This document shows positions 15,258-24,789 of a DNA stretch of 26,748 nt, one piece after another. The notes beneath the pieces were generated by a model, which saw only the letters and a program-made list of their open reading frames with translations, did no database searches and had not been told where the DNA came from. This DNA comes from a virus (lineage: Duplodnaviria > Caudoviricetes), in IMG/VR virus record IMGVR_UViG_3300038393_002107, positions 1 through 26,748 of that record, one strand, 5' to 3'. Position numbers and translations under genes: made by a program. Numbering within the stretch: the first letter of the stretch is position 1; each line of letters opens with the position of its first letter.

Positions 15258-16268
15258 TTACGCGATCGACTTGAGGCCGACGTTAAAGCCGGCGTTCGTC
15301 AGGTCCGCATACCCCCACGGCCCCGAGCTGGCAGGATTGTTCTCGAACGTGTAGGCCACGCGGCCGAAAGCGGAAGGTAATGCCTGGGTAGGCCCGAAAT
15401 AGTCATTGCCGCCCGTGCGGACATTCATTTGGAGGTTCTGCGGGCCGCTCGCGCCTTTCTGGATCCTGGCGGAGATGGCGATGGCCTTGACTGCAGGGTT
15501 TCCGGTAATGCCGCTGCTGTTGATCGCCATCTGCGCCAGATCGCCAGCCGTCGCGCTCGCGCATAACGTTCCATCATCGAGCGTCACTTCGTTCAGGTTC
15601 GCATAGCTGCCGGTCCATGCGAAGCTGTTGCCATTCGCGGATGGTGCCAGGGTGACGAGGTTCATTGAGCGGGTATCTTCGCTGCCGCAGATGATCTCGC
15701 TCCAGGATACCGTCTGCGTGTTCGATAGTGCCGCCGGATTAATTCCCAGCACAGCGCCTGATAACGACGTCGCGCTGTCGGTCGTGGTATCGCCCGTATA
15801 GGCGAGAACCAGCGTGCCATCCATATACAGATTCACGCTGCCCGCCACCGCGTACACGACCTGCACGTCAATTTTCTGTAGCGTTCCCGGCGAAATGGAA
15901 ACCGACGAAGTTGCAAGGGCGGTTTTGGTTCCTGTCGAAGTCCGCTTGTATAGTCGGAGAACTGCGCTATTGGCGGCATAGTCGAAGCCAAGCCTGCGCA
16001 CAGTGCCATCCAAAAACGAAAGGAAGTCGGGGACCGCCGTGCCGGATGTAGCCGCGCTGGTCTGGTAAGCGCGCGCAGTGAACCAGAACGACGACCTTGC
16101 GGCATCGAATGCGAGTTGCCAGCCATCGGTAATCGCGCCCAGTGGTCCAACCTTCAGGGCGCATCGCGCGTTTGCACTCCGGCGCGCTGCGGTGGTTGCC
16201 GTGTCAACGGTTGCGCTGCCGATCTTGCTGAAATCGTGGTCTTCGCCACCGACAAAGTAAAAGGTCAA
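15258..16268 (-). CDS. Beta-rich virion protein, possible lectin-like receptor-binding subunit
   Basis: AAGGAG SD with TTG start; Ser/Thr/Gly-rich; VNLYMDGTLVL strand motif; follows the fibre gene. Confidence 0.65.
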   Translation of the reverse strand: MTFYFVGGEDHDFSKIGSATVDTATTAARRSANARCALKVGPLGAITDGWQLAFDAARSSFWFTARAYQTSAATSGTAVPDFLSFLDGTVRRLGFDYAANSAVLRLYKRTSTGTKTALATSSVSISPGTLQKIDVQVVYAVAGSVNLYMDGTLVLAYTGDTTTDSATSLSGAVLGINPAALSNTQTVSWSEIICGSEDTRSMNLVTLAPSANGNSFAWTGSYANLNEVTLDDGTLCASATAGDLAQMAINSSGITGNPAVKAIAISARIQKGASGPQNLQMNVRTGGNDYFGPTQALPSAFGRVAYTFENNPASSGPWGYADLTNAGFNVGLKSIA

Positions 16269-16279
16269 GGGGTTCTCCT

Positions 16280-18013
16280 TTAGCGAGTGCCGGCAAGCAC
16301 GAAGCCTGGGTCAGCGAGAGTTGCATCGGGCGTGCCCGGCGTCCAGATCGACAGATAGTCGCCAGCAGCCATGGTGATTGCGCCAGACGTCGTGAAGGTC
16401 GCTGTCGTTGCCCCGGCAGCGAATGTGATCGAGCCGATGCTCGTGCCGTTCTTTCGAACGTCGAACACCGTTGACGCGGTTGCGGCTACGCTGGCAATAC
16501 CGACACTGCCGGCGAAGTTCGCTGGAAACAATACTGCGCGGGCAAACGGGACTCGCGTCACCTTGACGCTGGCTGGCGGTACGCCGGGGTAGAAGGCGGT
16601 CAGGTCGAAAGGCTGCGCTGGTAGGTCTGCCTGCGTAAGAGCGCGCATGGTCGGCACTGCATCGGCTCCTGATGCGGGGCCGGCGAGCACCTTATTGGCG
16701 CCCTGCGTCTTGAGCGAAAGGGTAAGCGTCCCAGCGCCAGTGACTGGCGAGCCTGTAACGTCGAATAGCAGGCCTGGCGTCGCCAGAGCTACGCTTGTGA
16801 CCGTGCCGCCCGCGCCAGTCGGATAGCTCAGAGCAGTCCACGAGCTGACTTGGGTAGGGTCAGAGCCGGTGATAACATAGACGGTGCTCGTGTCCGAACG
16901 CGCGCACCAATCGCCCTTCTGGCCGGGCAGCGCGAGCATGGCAGCTTGATTTGCGGCCGTGCCCAGGAAGTCGATGATGGCGAGGTTGGGTAGCTGAGAG
17001 GCCTGCAGCTTTCCGCTACCATCAAGCGATGCGGCGCCGTTTGCAGCACCTAATGCGGCCGCCGGCAATGCGCCAATATCGGATGCCGCCAATGTGACTG
17101 CGCCAGCTCCATCCGGCGTCTTGGTATTAACGCTTTTTACAGTACCGGAACCTCCGCTCAGTGCTGGAATAACGTTCGTTCCGTCCTGGCTCAGAAGCGC
17201 GGACGTCCCCTGATCGACGATCGCTCCTGTACCGGTTGCGCCCTTTATCGTGACGGTGAAGGCGCCGGTGGTATTGTTCGTGACAAGCCAGAGTCGCGGT
17301 GCAGCGCCAAGCGGGACGATTACATTGAAGTTGGATGCCAGTTCCCCTGTCAGATTGATCAGGATATTATTTGCTTCTTCGTCGGAAAGCGTGACGCTTG
17401 TCGCACCGGTGACACCCTTGTCTAGTCGGCCGATCTGCCACGCCCGCGCCAGAGCGCCTTCGGCCGCCGCGAGCTCCCCTGCCTCAAGCCGGTCGTCCAG
17501 CTTCGTAAAGGTCTGGCCGAGCGCAGTACTGACTTGCGCCGCGAAATCGTCCGACGCTCCCCATACGATCGGCGCAAGGCGAGTGATATCGCCAAACGCC
17601 GATCCGGTCCACACCACTGAGTAAAGGTCTTCTACGCCGGGTGTCGCACTGCGTACTGGAGCACCGGTCTTGTCGGCGTAGATGTAGTAGGTGGCTGCGG
17701 CAAGGCCAGTGAAGGATAGCGTTGTCGGTGCCGGATTACGCACTACCATTGGGATGGATGGCTTCCAGTCAAATCCAGGCGCAACGCTCAGAACGTCGCC
17801 GCTGCCGGTCATGGCGTAACTGTCCGCGCCGATGATGGCTGCAGTTGGGCCGAACAGCGCGTCGAATGCCGAGCCGGGGCCGGAAGCCGCGGCAACCTGG
17901 GCGGCAAGATTGTTCTCCAGCGCCTCGACCGCCGCCTTCAGGTTGGCATAGTTGGCGTTGTGCTTCTGGATGTAATTGGTATCGCCGCTGTTGAATACCT
18001 GGAGTTCGTTCAT
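16280..18013 (-). CDS. Tail fibre protein
   Basis: Fibre motifs VKSVNTKTPDGAGAVTL, GAANGAASLDGSGKL...QLP, GGTVTSV and FDVRKNGTSIGSITFAAG. Confidence 0.8.
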   Translation of the reverse strand: MNELQVFNSGDTNYIQKHNANYANLKAAVEALENNLAAQVAAASGPGSAFDALFGPTAAIIGADSYAMTGSGDVLSVAPGFDWKPSIPMVVRNPAPTTLSFTGLAAATYYIYADKTGAPVRSATPGVEDLYSVVWTGSAFGDITRLAPIVWGASDDFAAQVSTALGQTFTKLDDRLEAGELAAAEGALARAWQIGRLDKGVTGATSVTLSDEEANNILINLTGELASNFNVIVPLGAAPRLWLVTNNTTGAFTVTIKGATGTGAIVDQGTSALLSQDGTNVIPALSGGSGTVKSVNTKTPDGAGAVTLAASDIGALPAAALGAANGAASLDGSGKLQASQLPNLAIIDFLGTAANQAAMLALPGQKGDWCARSDTSTVYVITGSDPTQVSSWTALSYPTGAGGTVTSVALATPGLLFDVTGSPVTGAGTLTLSLKTQGANKVLAGPASGADAVPTMRALTQADLPAQPFDLTAFYPGVPPASVKVTRVPFARAVLFPANFAGSVGIASVAATASTVFDVRKNGTSIGSITFAAGATTATFTTSGAITMAAGDYLSIWTPGTPDATLADPGFVLAGTR

Positions 18014-18522
18014 GCCGTTACCTTAATCAAGTTCGTACCTTGGTAGACCGCTGTGATGCCATAAGCCGCCGTGCCGTATCCACCGAAGTTGACCAGTTCT
18101 TCGTAGGGGATTGCGCGCGATGAAATCGATAGATCCTCGATCTGGCCGAAGGTGAAGTCTTCCAGGTCGACCGGCACTCTGATGTACGTGCCCGGCATTT
18201 GCTTCGAGAAGCCGATGATCTCGTAGCGCCCGGATGCGGAGCGCCGAAGTCGCACTGCCGCCCCGACGTCGGCGTAGATCACGTCCATGTTCCCGCGTGC
18301 GATCGGAACGTCGTGCAGTATCGATCCGATGGAGCCGACATTGAGCAGGTTCGCGCTCTGATCGTTGCCCTGCTGGTTGGTGATGCCGATATCGACGTCG
18401 CACGCGTAGGTGGTCGACAGGCCGTCGGTGACGCTCAGGGTTGGCCTTGTCAGCACCTTCCCGTCAAGCTCCTGCTGCATGTCGCGCTGCTGCGCGTCGA
18501 TCAAATTGGTCAATATGCCCAT
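18010..18522 (-). CDS. Tail tip protein (hypothetical)
   Basis: Lies between hub and fibre genes; ATGA overlap with the fibre gene. Confidence 0.7.
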   Translation of the reverse strand: MGILTNLIDAQQRDMQQELDGKVLTRPTLSVTDGLSTTYACDVDIGITNQQGNDQSANLLNVGSIGSILHDVPIARGNMDVIYADVGAAVRLRRSASGRYEIIGFSKQMPGTYIRVPVDLEDFTFGQIEDLSISSRAIPYEELVNFGGYGTAAYGITAVYQGTNLIKVTA

Positions 18523-18526
18523 AGTC

Positions 18527-19975
18527 TTAGCACCTGAAACCGGTGATATCGAGCTTGGCCGGCGAGCCATGCGAGAGGTCGCGCGAGTAGTCCGTTACGT
18601 ACACGCGGCTACCGTCCTTCAGCGAAATGATGTCGCCGCGTTCGATACGGGGATCGTCGACAATCGAAATGTTGTAGGAGCTGGCCGATCGGTAGGTGTA
18701 AGTCAACTCGCGAACCGCGAATCCCTCGGACTGTTCCTGGTTCATCACGAAATCGTTCTCGATCTCGGAGACGTTGACCTCCCAGTCTTTGACCGTCTTA
18801 CCGTAGGCGGTTGTAGTATTCCGGGCATGCACCATGTCGTACGGCGTGCCCCAGATTTCATAGACTCCGGTTCCGATCGACATCATGGTCAGCATGATGA
18901 CAACGTCCGCGGCCCCTTCCACTACTCGTCCCTGCGGCACCGTTATGCCGCCAAATACGCCATCAGGAATCTTGTGCGCTAACAATTTAGCGGCAATGGC
19001 CGCGGTTGCCAGTCCTGGGGCCCACGCAGAGGTGGTCAGCACGATCTGGCCACCAGTGATGCTCTTTTGACTGTAGTCCTCACTGCACACTGGCAGTAAG
19101 CCGGCGTTTGCCGACTGCCGTACGACCATGTGCGTATTTCTCGCCCGCTGTGTTCCGTCCTGACTGAACGTGACGTCCCGCTCGAGCTTAAGCTTGAAGA
19201 ATCCCGCCGTCATCGTGGCTTTGTCGAGTATCCGGTCCTGTTGCGAAACCTCGGTGAGATTCGGATCGAGCCACCTGACCTTCACCTCTGATACCGGCGA
19301 GCGCGATTTTGATCCGGTAACACTCAGAAGCCGCGTGTTGTCGGTCAGTTCGATATCGGCGGCTCGCGTCGTGTCGCGCGAGATCGACTTAAGCCGCCCG
19401 CGAGCATCAACATATGGCTCCAGCCCCGAAGGCTGCATCAGCACCGTGAACATCTGCCATGGCGGCAAGTCCGCCAGTTGGGTGTTCGAGTGCACCGTGT
19501 AGCCTGGAATGTTCAGCGGCCCGATCTCGGCATCGGTCATGCCAATCCCGCTGCAAATCTGGCGAGCGATGAAGTCGAGCGGCGTCGAGACAGGGTAAAT
19601 GTCGGTCAGCCGCCGAGTTTCACGCCACAGTGGCGATGAGTCGCGCGACCGAGCGACCAGCGTCATCGCTTTCTGGCCCGATGCGAGGCGGTAGTCGTTG
19701 ATCGCTTGGATGATCCCGATCCAGAAGCTGCGTCCCTCAAGCTTGACTTCCAGGATCTGCCCATATCGCGGCTGGCCTGCTCCGTACAGCTCGTCATGCC
19801 ACGCGAGGCCGATCGATACCTCGGACGGCGACTGACGAACCGAGGTGCAGAACCTGGTGATTTCAACCGGATTGGCAGACGATCCTTGCATCACTTCCAG
19901 CGGGCTTGCCGAATGCACGAAGACAGTCGTTGCCCGTACGCTATCGAGCGGATACGGCGCCCATGTCACATCCAT
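18527..19975 (-). CDS. Baseplate hub / Tal-like tail protein
   Basis: EPYVDARGRL and DPRIERGDIISL...YVTDYSR motifs typical of hub proteins; start ATG 19975 after the terminator. Confidence 0.7.
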   Translation of the reverse strand: MDVTWAPYPLDSVRATTVFVHSASPLEVMQGSSANPVEITRFCTSVRQSPSEVSIGLAWHDELYGAGQPRYGQILEVKLEGRSFWIGIIQAINDYRLASGQKAMTLVARSRDSSPLWRETRRLTDIYPVSTPLDFIARQICSGIGMTDAEIGPLNIPGYTVHSNTQLADLPPWQMFTVLMQPSGLEPYVDARGRLKSISRDTTRAADIELTDNTRLLSVTGSKSRSPVSEVKVRWLDPNLTEVSQQDRILDKATMTAGFFKLKLERDVTFSQDGTQRARNTHMVVRQSANAGLLPVCSEDYSQKSITGGQIVLTTSAWAPGLATAAIAAKLLAHKIPDGVFGGITVPQGRVVEGAADVVIMLTMMSIGTGVYEIWGTPYDMVHARNTTTAYGKTVKDWEVNVSEIENDFVMNQEQSEGFAVRELTYTYRSASSYNISIVDDPRIERGDIISLKDGSRVYVTDYSRDLSHGSPAKLDITGFRC

Positions 19976-19987
19976 AGGTGTCCCATT

Positions 19988-20012
19988 AAAAAAGCCACCC
20001 GAAGGTGGCCTT
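19988..20012 (-). terminator. Intrinsic terminator after the 1579-aa gene
   Basis: - strand GCCACC-TTCG-GGTGGC-TTTTTT (C-UUCG-G loop). Confidence 0.85.
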
Positions 20013-20049
20013 GGTTGCAAGCTTCTACCGAACAGCTACTGCGGCAGGT

Positions 20050-23000
20050 CTAGCGCGGCACGATCGCAAACTGCGGGCCGGTGGAGTAGTCCGGTTTCGT
20101 GGGCCGCGCGTCGAACGTGGCCCAGGCGGTAGTCGCCTGTGGATAACCGACATCGACCGCTGCCGCCAGCGCTGGCTGCATGTTGGCCGGGTAGCCCTGC
20201 GTCGAGTCGGGGTAGCCATCGAGGTCGCCGGGCTGCAGGTTCGGCGAACTGGCTGTCGCCAAACGCTGCGGCGAGTTGCACGCATACTGGCTCATGCTCG
20301 TCGGGATGGTCGCCGCCATGCACTGGCCGATGGTCGTGTAGTAGGGCGACGTGGAGCTGTCGCGGCAGTTCAGGTCGTAGTTGGCGGCGTCCATGATGCA
20401 GGTGCCGTCTCCAAGGATGCGCGAAACCTGGAATTTCGATTTCCACATCAGGAAGCGCTTGGCGGCGCTGTTGTCCAGCAGTTCGACGGCGTGGTTCAGG
20501 GCTTGCACGAAGAAGTCGTCCTGCCATGGTGCCAGGCCGCGACCGCTGTTGTAGGCGAACGCGCTGCCGGTGATGACCCCAAGGACATTGTTGGTGCCAT
20601 CGGTGTAATGCTGGTTGTACCAGGTGAAGTTCGTTTCGACGAAGTAGTCGAATGCGCTCTTAAGCGGGTGATCGCTCGGCGTCACGTAGGCACACTCGGC
20701 CAGCGTCCTGATACTCCACCCCTGCCCGCGCACTTGATCCGGCTCGATCAAGCCCTGCCCCTTGTTGCGGTAGTTGGGATTGGACTGGTAGATGTTTGCC
20801 ATGCACCAGAAGTGAAGCCCCTCGAGGTAGTAATAATCACCGGTCAAGAGGTACGGCAGGTAAAAGATCCCGGGCTGGTGCGATGAATCCCATCCGGCCT
20901 GCGTCGCGGTGCTGAGCGTCGGCAGGTGCTCGTTCTTGCCGGTGGTCGGGTTGATGCCGTCGCTGCCGCCACCAAGGATTGTCGCGTACGGGAAGTTGAT
21001 GACCGACAGCGGGTAGCCGGCGCCAGGACCAGTACTGTCGTCACGTCTGCAGGCCGGCCAGGTGCCGCCGATGTCGGCGTTGCCCAGCGCAATGTCCTTG
21101 GCGCGCTTATCCATCGACAAGACCCAGGCGGCATGAGTGTCGGGCATCAGGCCAATATCGGGCCGCCCGCCAGTGGTGGCCATAGCTGCCATCAGCGTAC
21201 CAAAACCCATCGGCACGAACTTGCCGTTGCCCAGAGCGGTCGCGTAACCGGCCAGCAGCGATTCGGAGACCGTGATGCGCTGGTCGTAGTTCGGCACAGC
21301 TTTGGAGGCGATCAGGTAGGCAGTGTCGTGGCGCAGGTGCAGGGTTGGGGCCGTGCCGATCCAGAACGTGCGCTTCCATCGTGCAGCCGGGGTGTGCACC
21401 AGCGCGGCCTTGGTGTAGACACTGGTTCCGCCGGCGTACAGGGTCGCGTCATACGTGATGTCGGTGGTCGATGCATATGCCTTGCAGTGCTCGACCACGT
21501 AATCGACGCGCACATGGCCGGTGCTGAAAACGCGCACCGAGAACTGCGCCGTCAGCGTCGGATGCGGCGTGCCACTGCCATTCACGAATGGCATATTGAA
21601 AATGTAGTCGCTAGCGACCGGGCCGGCAAACCAAGTCGTGTGTGGGGTCGAGCTGGTCGGCGTGGCGGTGTACTGTACGCCGCCGATGACAAGCTTTGCT
21701 GATGGTAAGGATGTCGGCAGGCTGACGCTCGCCCCTGCGCTTGCGGAACTTGCCCGCTTCATCGACAGCGGCACGATGGCGCCGCCCGCAATACTGGGAA
21801 TCACGCCACTGACCATAGCGTGACGCACCGATCCATCTGCGTGGGTCGCCCTTACGTTTAGCTGGGCGGCGATCTGGCTACCATCCGGCAGGTGTAGCGT
21901 GATCGCGGCGCCGCTGCTCGGCAGATGGCCTTGGGCGAACACATGGCCAATGGCGAACGGCTGGTTCGTAGCTGCGCTGGTCGAGGTATTCTGGACCGAC
22001 AGCGGAGCGATCTGGCTACCCACGGCGACGGGCTGTCCGCTAGGTGCACTGCCCCCGCCATCACCGCCAGCGCCTCCGCCAGCAGTCCCCGCTCCGTTCA
22101 TGGTCGAGCCAGTTTCTCCACTCATGGTCAACCACGATTGGTAGGTGTACTCGATGTCCGTTGTACCGCCATCAAAGGTATGGGCAAACTTGGTGCCATT
22201 GCTAGTGTAGGTGTTGCTGCTCCACGTTGCCCAGCCTGGGAAGTTCGAACCAGCGCTCAAGTTATAGGCATACTCGTTGTTGTTCAGCGTCATAGTGTTG
22301 AACTTCAGGGTATTGCCATGCGTGTTTGACGTTCCGTTGGAGTTGGCAAACATGAAGTGCTGCGCGGTGGACTTCAGGAAGGTGTTGTTCCGCACTGTGT
22401 TGCTGAAGGAGTCGTGCAGCATTACTCCCGTATCGCAGTTGTCCAACGTGTTGCCGATCACTGTTACCCCATTGGAGCCATCGTCAAGGTAGATGCCCAT
22501 GACTTGGTAGCCAAGGCCATTCTTCACGCTGTTGCTACTGATGGTCATGTTCAGGGATGGCGTCCCGCCGGCGCATTGCGTGTAGATACCGCCGCCGTCC
22601 GTCATCGTCAGGCAGAAGCCATCCACCGTGTTGTTGGTGATAGAACCGTTCACGTTGCCGTTCACGTTGATACCGCTGTAAGCGCTGTGCGTGACGGTAT
22701 TGTTAGTCACTACCGTTCCGGTGCTTGGGCCGCAGTAGATGCCACCGTTGGAGGGCGATGGGTTGCCTACCATGCCGGAATTACTGATGTTAGAGTTCTG
22801 TACCTTGAAGGTGTTGGAGCCATGGTAGCCGTTGATGCCGGTCCCGCGAGCGTTGGTGACTACCACGTTGTCGGCCAAGAAGCCGGTACTGCCATTGGCG
22901 AAGATGCCGTCTTTGGACAGGTTCTTGATGGTGCTGTTCTTGACCACAAGGTTGGTGGAGCCAGCTCCGCTGACGCCCGTACCAGACAGGATCACATTGA

Positions 23001-24789
23001 CGCCATTGATGGTGACGCCGGATGAATTATCGCAATTGATTGCCACCTGCTCCGGGGACGCCCATGCGCGACCTTCCGGCGTCGCGCCATCCGGAGTCCA
23101 CACATACAAGAATCCGTTTTCATAAGCCCATGCGTTTGCTCCGGTAATCATCCACAGCTTGCCTTCCAGATAGAATGGAAGATCGGTTGGCACCGAATTA
23201 TCGGACAGCACGGTTGCCGTGATGGTGTACTTGTTGGTCTTTTGATAGAGCGTTGCGCCAATCACGTCAGTGCCTGGCATTCCGGCGGTGCTGGTAGCCC
23301 AGTCCGGAACCGTCACCGGCCACGAAGCACGCTTCACCGGCACATCACTGATGGAGACTTGGGAAGGCGCGAAATCCACTGCCGCCTTGTAGATGTTACC
23401 GGAGTGGATAGCCCATCCAGCGACAGCCTTACCTGTAGAAATGACTGGGGGCGAACCTGTACCAGCCGACGCAACCACGTTGACGCCGGTCTTGCCTGAA
23501 AGATCGAGGGTGCCCTGATACACGGTGTTCCGGCTAAGGGTCACGGTAGCGCCATTAGTAATGCCGGTAGGCACAGCTAGAGTGGTGCCAGTAGTTCCGG
23601 TGGTGCCACCTCCTGTGCCGCCACCAGTGCTGGCACCGGTTCCGCCATTGCTAACGGTGCCCGTGCGACCGTCGTCGACGTTCGCGCTGACGGTTACATC
23701 GCTTAATCCGGCGTCGGTGCCGATAAAATTGATCGTCGCGTATCCGAAGCTATCGGTGATTCGTGCGCCAGAACCGATCGCGCCAGGGACGGTCGCGGTA
23801 ATGGTGATCGGCAGGCTGGGAATCGCCTCGCCGGCATCGCCCACGGCACGAACCAGCAAGGGGACTGTTCTTTCCTTGCGCGGCGGTTTTAATGGGATCG
23901 GCTTGGTAATATTCGTTGCCAGCGGCACCGGATAATATCCGGAGATCATGTTGGAAGACGAGCCGTCTGCGTTGATGGGCGGCCCGAACGAGTCGTCTAC
24001 GAGATCGAACGCCAGTAAGCGACGCAGTGCGAAATCCCACGCGTAGGTAACCCCAAATGGAGTGTGAACGCCGCTCACCGGGGCTCGCGTAGCCGAGATG
24101 ACTTTGCCTGTGGTGTAATCCACGACATTGATGATCCCGTTGCTGCAGACGACAAAGCAGCGCCGATCATCCTCCTGCATGATTTGAGAGACCGGCCCGG
24201 ATACCCAAATGCGACGAATCAGACTTCCCGTCTTGAGGTCATTGACAAGGACGTAGGGCGAGTTTGAGCTGGCCGGATAGCCTGCCATCACAATGAGTCC
24301 GCGAGCTCGGTCCACCATTGGATGGACAACTCCATGAAAATCCTGATCGGCCGGGATTTCAAAGAACTCAGGCGGGATCGTTTGGATCACCTGGTACGTA
24401 ACTGGATCCAGCTCACGCAAATCGACATTCGTGGTCCAAAGCGAGCCATCGCGGCTCTGTACGATTTCCTTTTCCAGGCCATTCCCGATCATGTCGCCAT
24501 AGCCGATTATCTCGCCAGTAGCTCCATCGAACTTGATCGTCTGCGCTATGGATGGCCAGTAAATATTCCTCGTCATCACATTGATCGTGATGGTCGTCGG
24601 GCTATTTGCCGTATCTTCCTTCTTCACGAACATAGCATTGACATAAAGGAATTGCTCGCCATAAACCCGTGGCGGCGTCGTGAAATAGGCGAGATTTGGC
24701 GTAGCGGACTTACCGAATGGCCCCGCACGCAGGCTTGGATCATCCGGCTTGCGGTACGGGACGATTGCATTGAAAAGTTGCTTGTACAT
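20050..24789 (-). CDS. Large multidomain tail protein: propeller-like and Ig-like domains, right-handed beta-helix, PcRGLX/YetA-like C-terminal region
   Basis: TGATG coupling at 24789. Gly/Thr linkers at about 23580-23660 and 22030-22095. Parallel beta-helix repeats (ITNNTV, DGGGIY, GIYLDDGSNGVTVIGN). C-terminal part begins PFAIGHVFAQG...QLNVRATHADGSVRHAMVS. Confidence 0.75.
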   Translation of the reverse strand: MYKQLFNAIVPYRKPDDPSLRAGPFGKSATPNLAYFTTPPRVYGEQFLYVNAMFVKKEDTANSPTTITINVMTRNIYWPSIAQTIKFDGATGEIIGYGDMIGNGLEKEIVQSRDGSLWTTNVDLRELDPVTYQVIQTIPPEFFEIPADQDFHGVVHPMVDRARGLIVMAGYPASSNSPYVLVNDLKTGSLIRRIWVSGPVSQIMQEDDRRCFVVCSNGIINVVDYTTGKVISATRAPVSGVHTPFGVTYAWDFALRRLLAFDLVDDSFGPPINADGSSSNMISGYYPVPLATNITKPIPLKPPRKERTVPLLVRAVGDAGEAIPSLPITITATVPGAIGSGARITDSFGYATINFIGTDAGLSDVTVSANVDDGRTGTVSNGGTGASTGGGTGGGTTGTTGTTLAVPTGITNGATVTLSRNTVYQGTLDLSGKTGVNVVASAGTGSPPVISTGKAVAGWAIHSGNIYKAAVDFAPSQVSISDVPVKRASWPVTVPDWATSTAGMPGTDVIGATLYQKTNKYTITATVLSDNSVPTDLPFYLEGKLWMITGANAWAYENGFLYVWTPDGATPEGRAWASPEQVAINCDNSSGVTINGVNVILSGTGVSGAGSTNLVVKNSTIKNLSKDGIFANGSTGFLADNVVVTNARGTGINGYHGSNTFKVQNSNISNSGMVGNPSPSNGGIYCGPSTGTVVTNNTVTHSAYSGINVNGNVNGSITNNTVDGFCLTMTDGGGIYTQCAGGTPSLNMTISSNSVKNGLGYQVMGIYLDDGSNGVTVIGNTLDNCDTGVMLHDSFSNTVRNNTFLKSTAQHFMFANSNGTSNTHGNTLKFNTMTLNNNEYAYNLSAGSNFPGWATWSSNTYTSNGTKFAHTFDGGTTDIEYTYQSWLTMSGETGSTMNGAGTAGGGAGGDGGGSAPSGQPVAVGSQIAPLSVQNTSTSAATNQPFAIGHVFAQGHLPSSGAAITLHLPDGSQIAAQLNVRATHADGSVRHAMVSGVIPSIAGGAIVPLSMKRASSASAGASVSLPTSLPSAKLVIGGVQYTATPTSSTPHTTWFAGPVASDYIFNMPFVNGSGTPHPTLTAQFSVRVFSTGHVRVDYVVEHCKAYASTTDITYDATLYAGGTSVYTKAALVHTPAARWKRTFWIGTAPTLHLRHDTAYLIASKAVPNYDQRITVSESLLAGYATALGNGKFVPMGFGTLMAAMATTGGRPDIGLMPDTHAAWVLSMDKRAKDIALGNADIGGTWPACRRDDSTGPGAGYPLSVINFPYATILGGGSDGINPTTGKNEHLPTLSTATQAGWDSSHQPGIFYLPYLLTGDYYYLEGLHFWCMANIYQSNPNYRNKGQGLIEPDQVRGQGWSIRTLAECAYVTPSDHPLKSAFDYFVETNFTWYNQHYTDGTNNVLGVITGSAFAYNSGRGLAPWQDDFFVQALNHAVELLDNSAAKRFLMWKSKFQVSRILGDGTCIMDAANYDLNCRDSSTSPYYTTIGQCMAATIPTSMSQYACNSPQRLATASSPNLQPGDLDGYPDSTQGYPANMQPALAAAVDVGYPQATTAWATFDARPTKPDYSTGPQFAIVPR

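Noticed and set aside
20005-23025. + strand ORFs of 222-293 aa inside the large tail gene
   Set aside because: Antisense shadows caused by codon bias of the real - strand gene.
23580-23660. Low-complexity GGT/ACC repeats as a DNA-level element
   Set aside because: Explained by the Gly/Thr linker of the protein; the codons vary.
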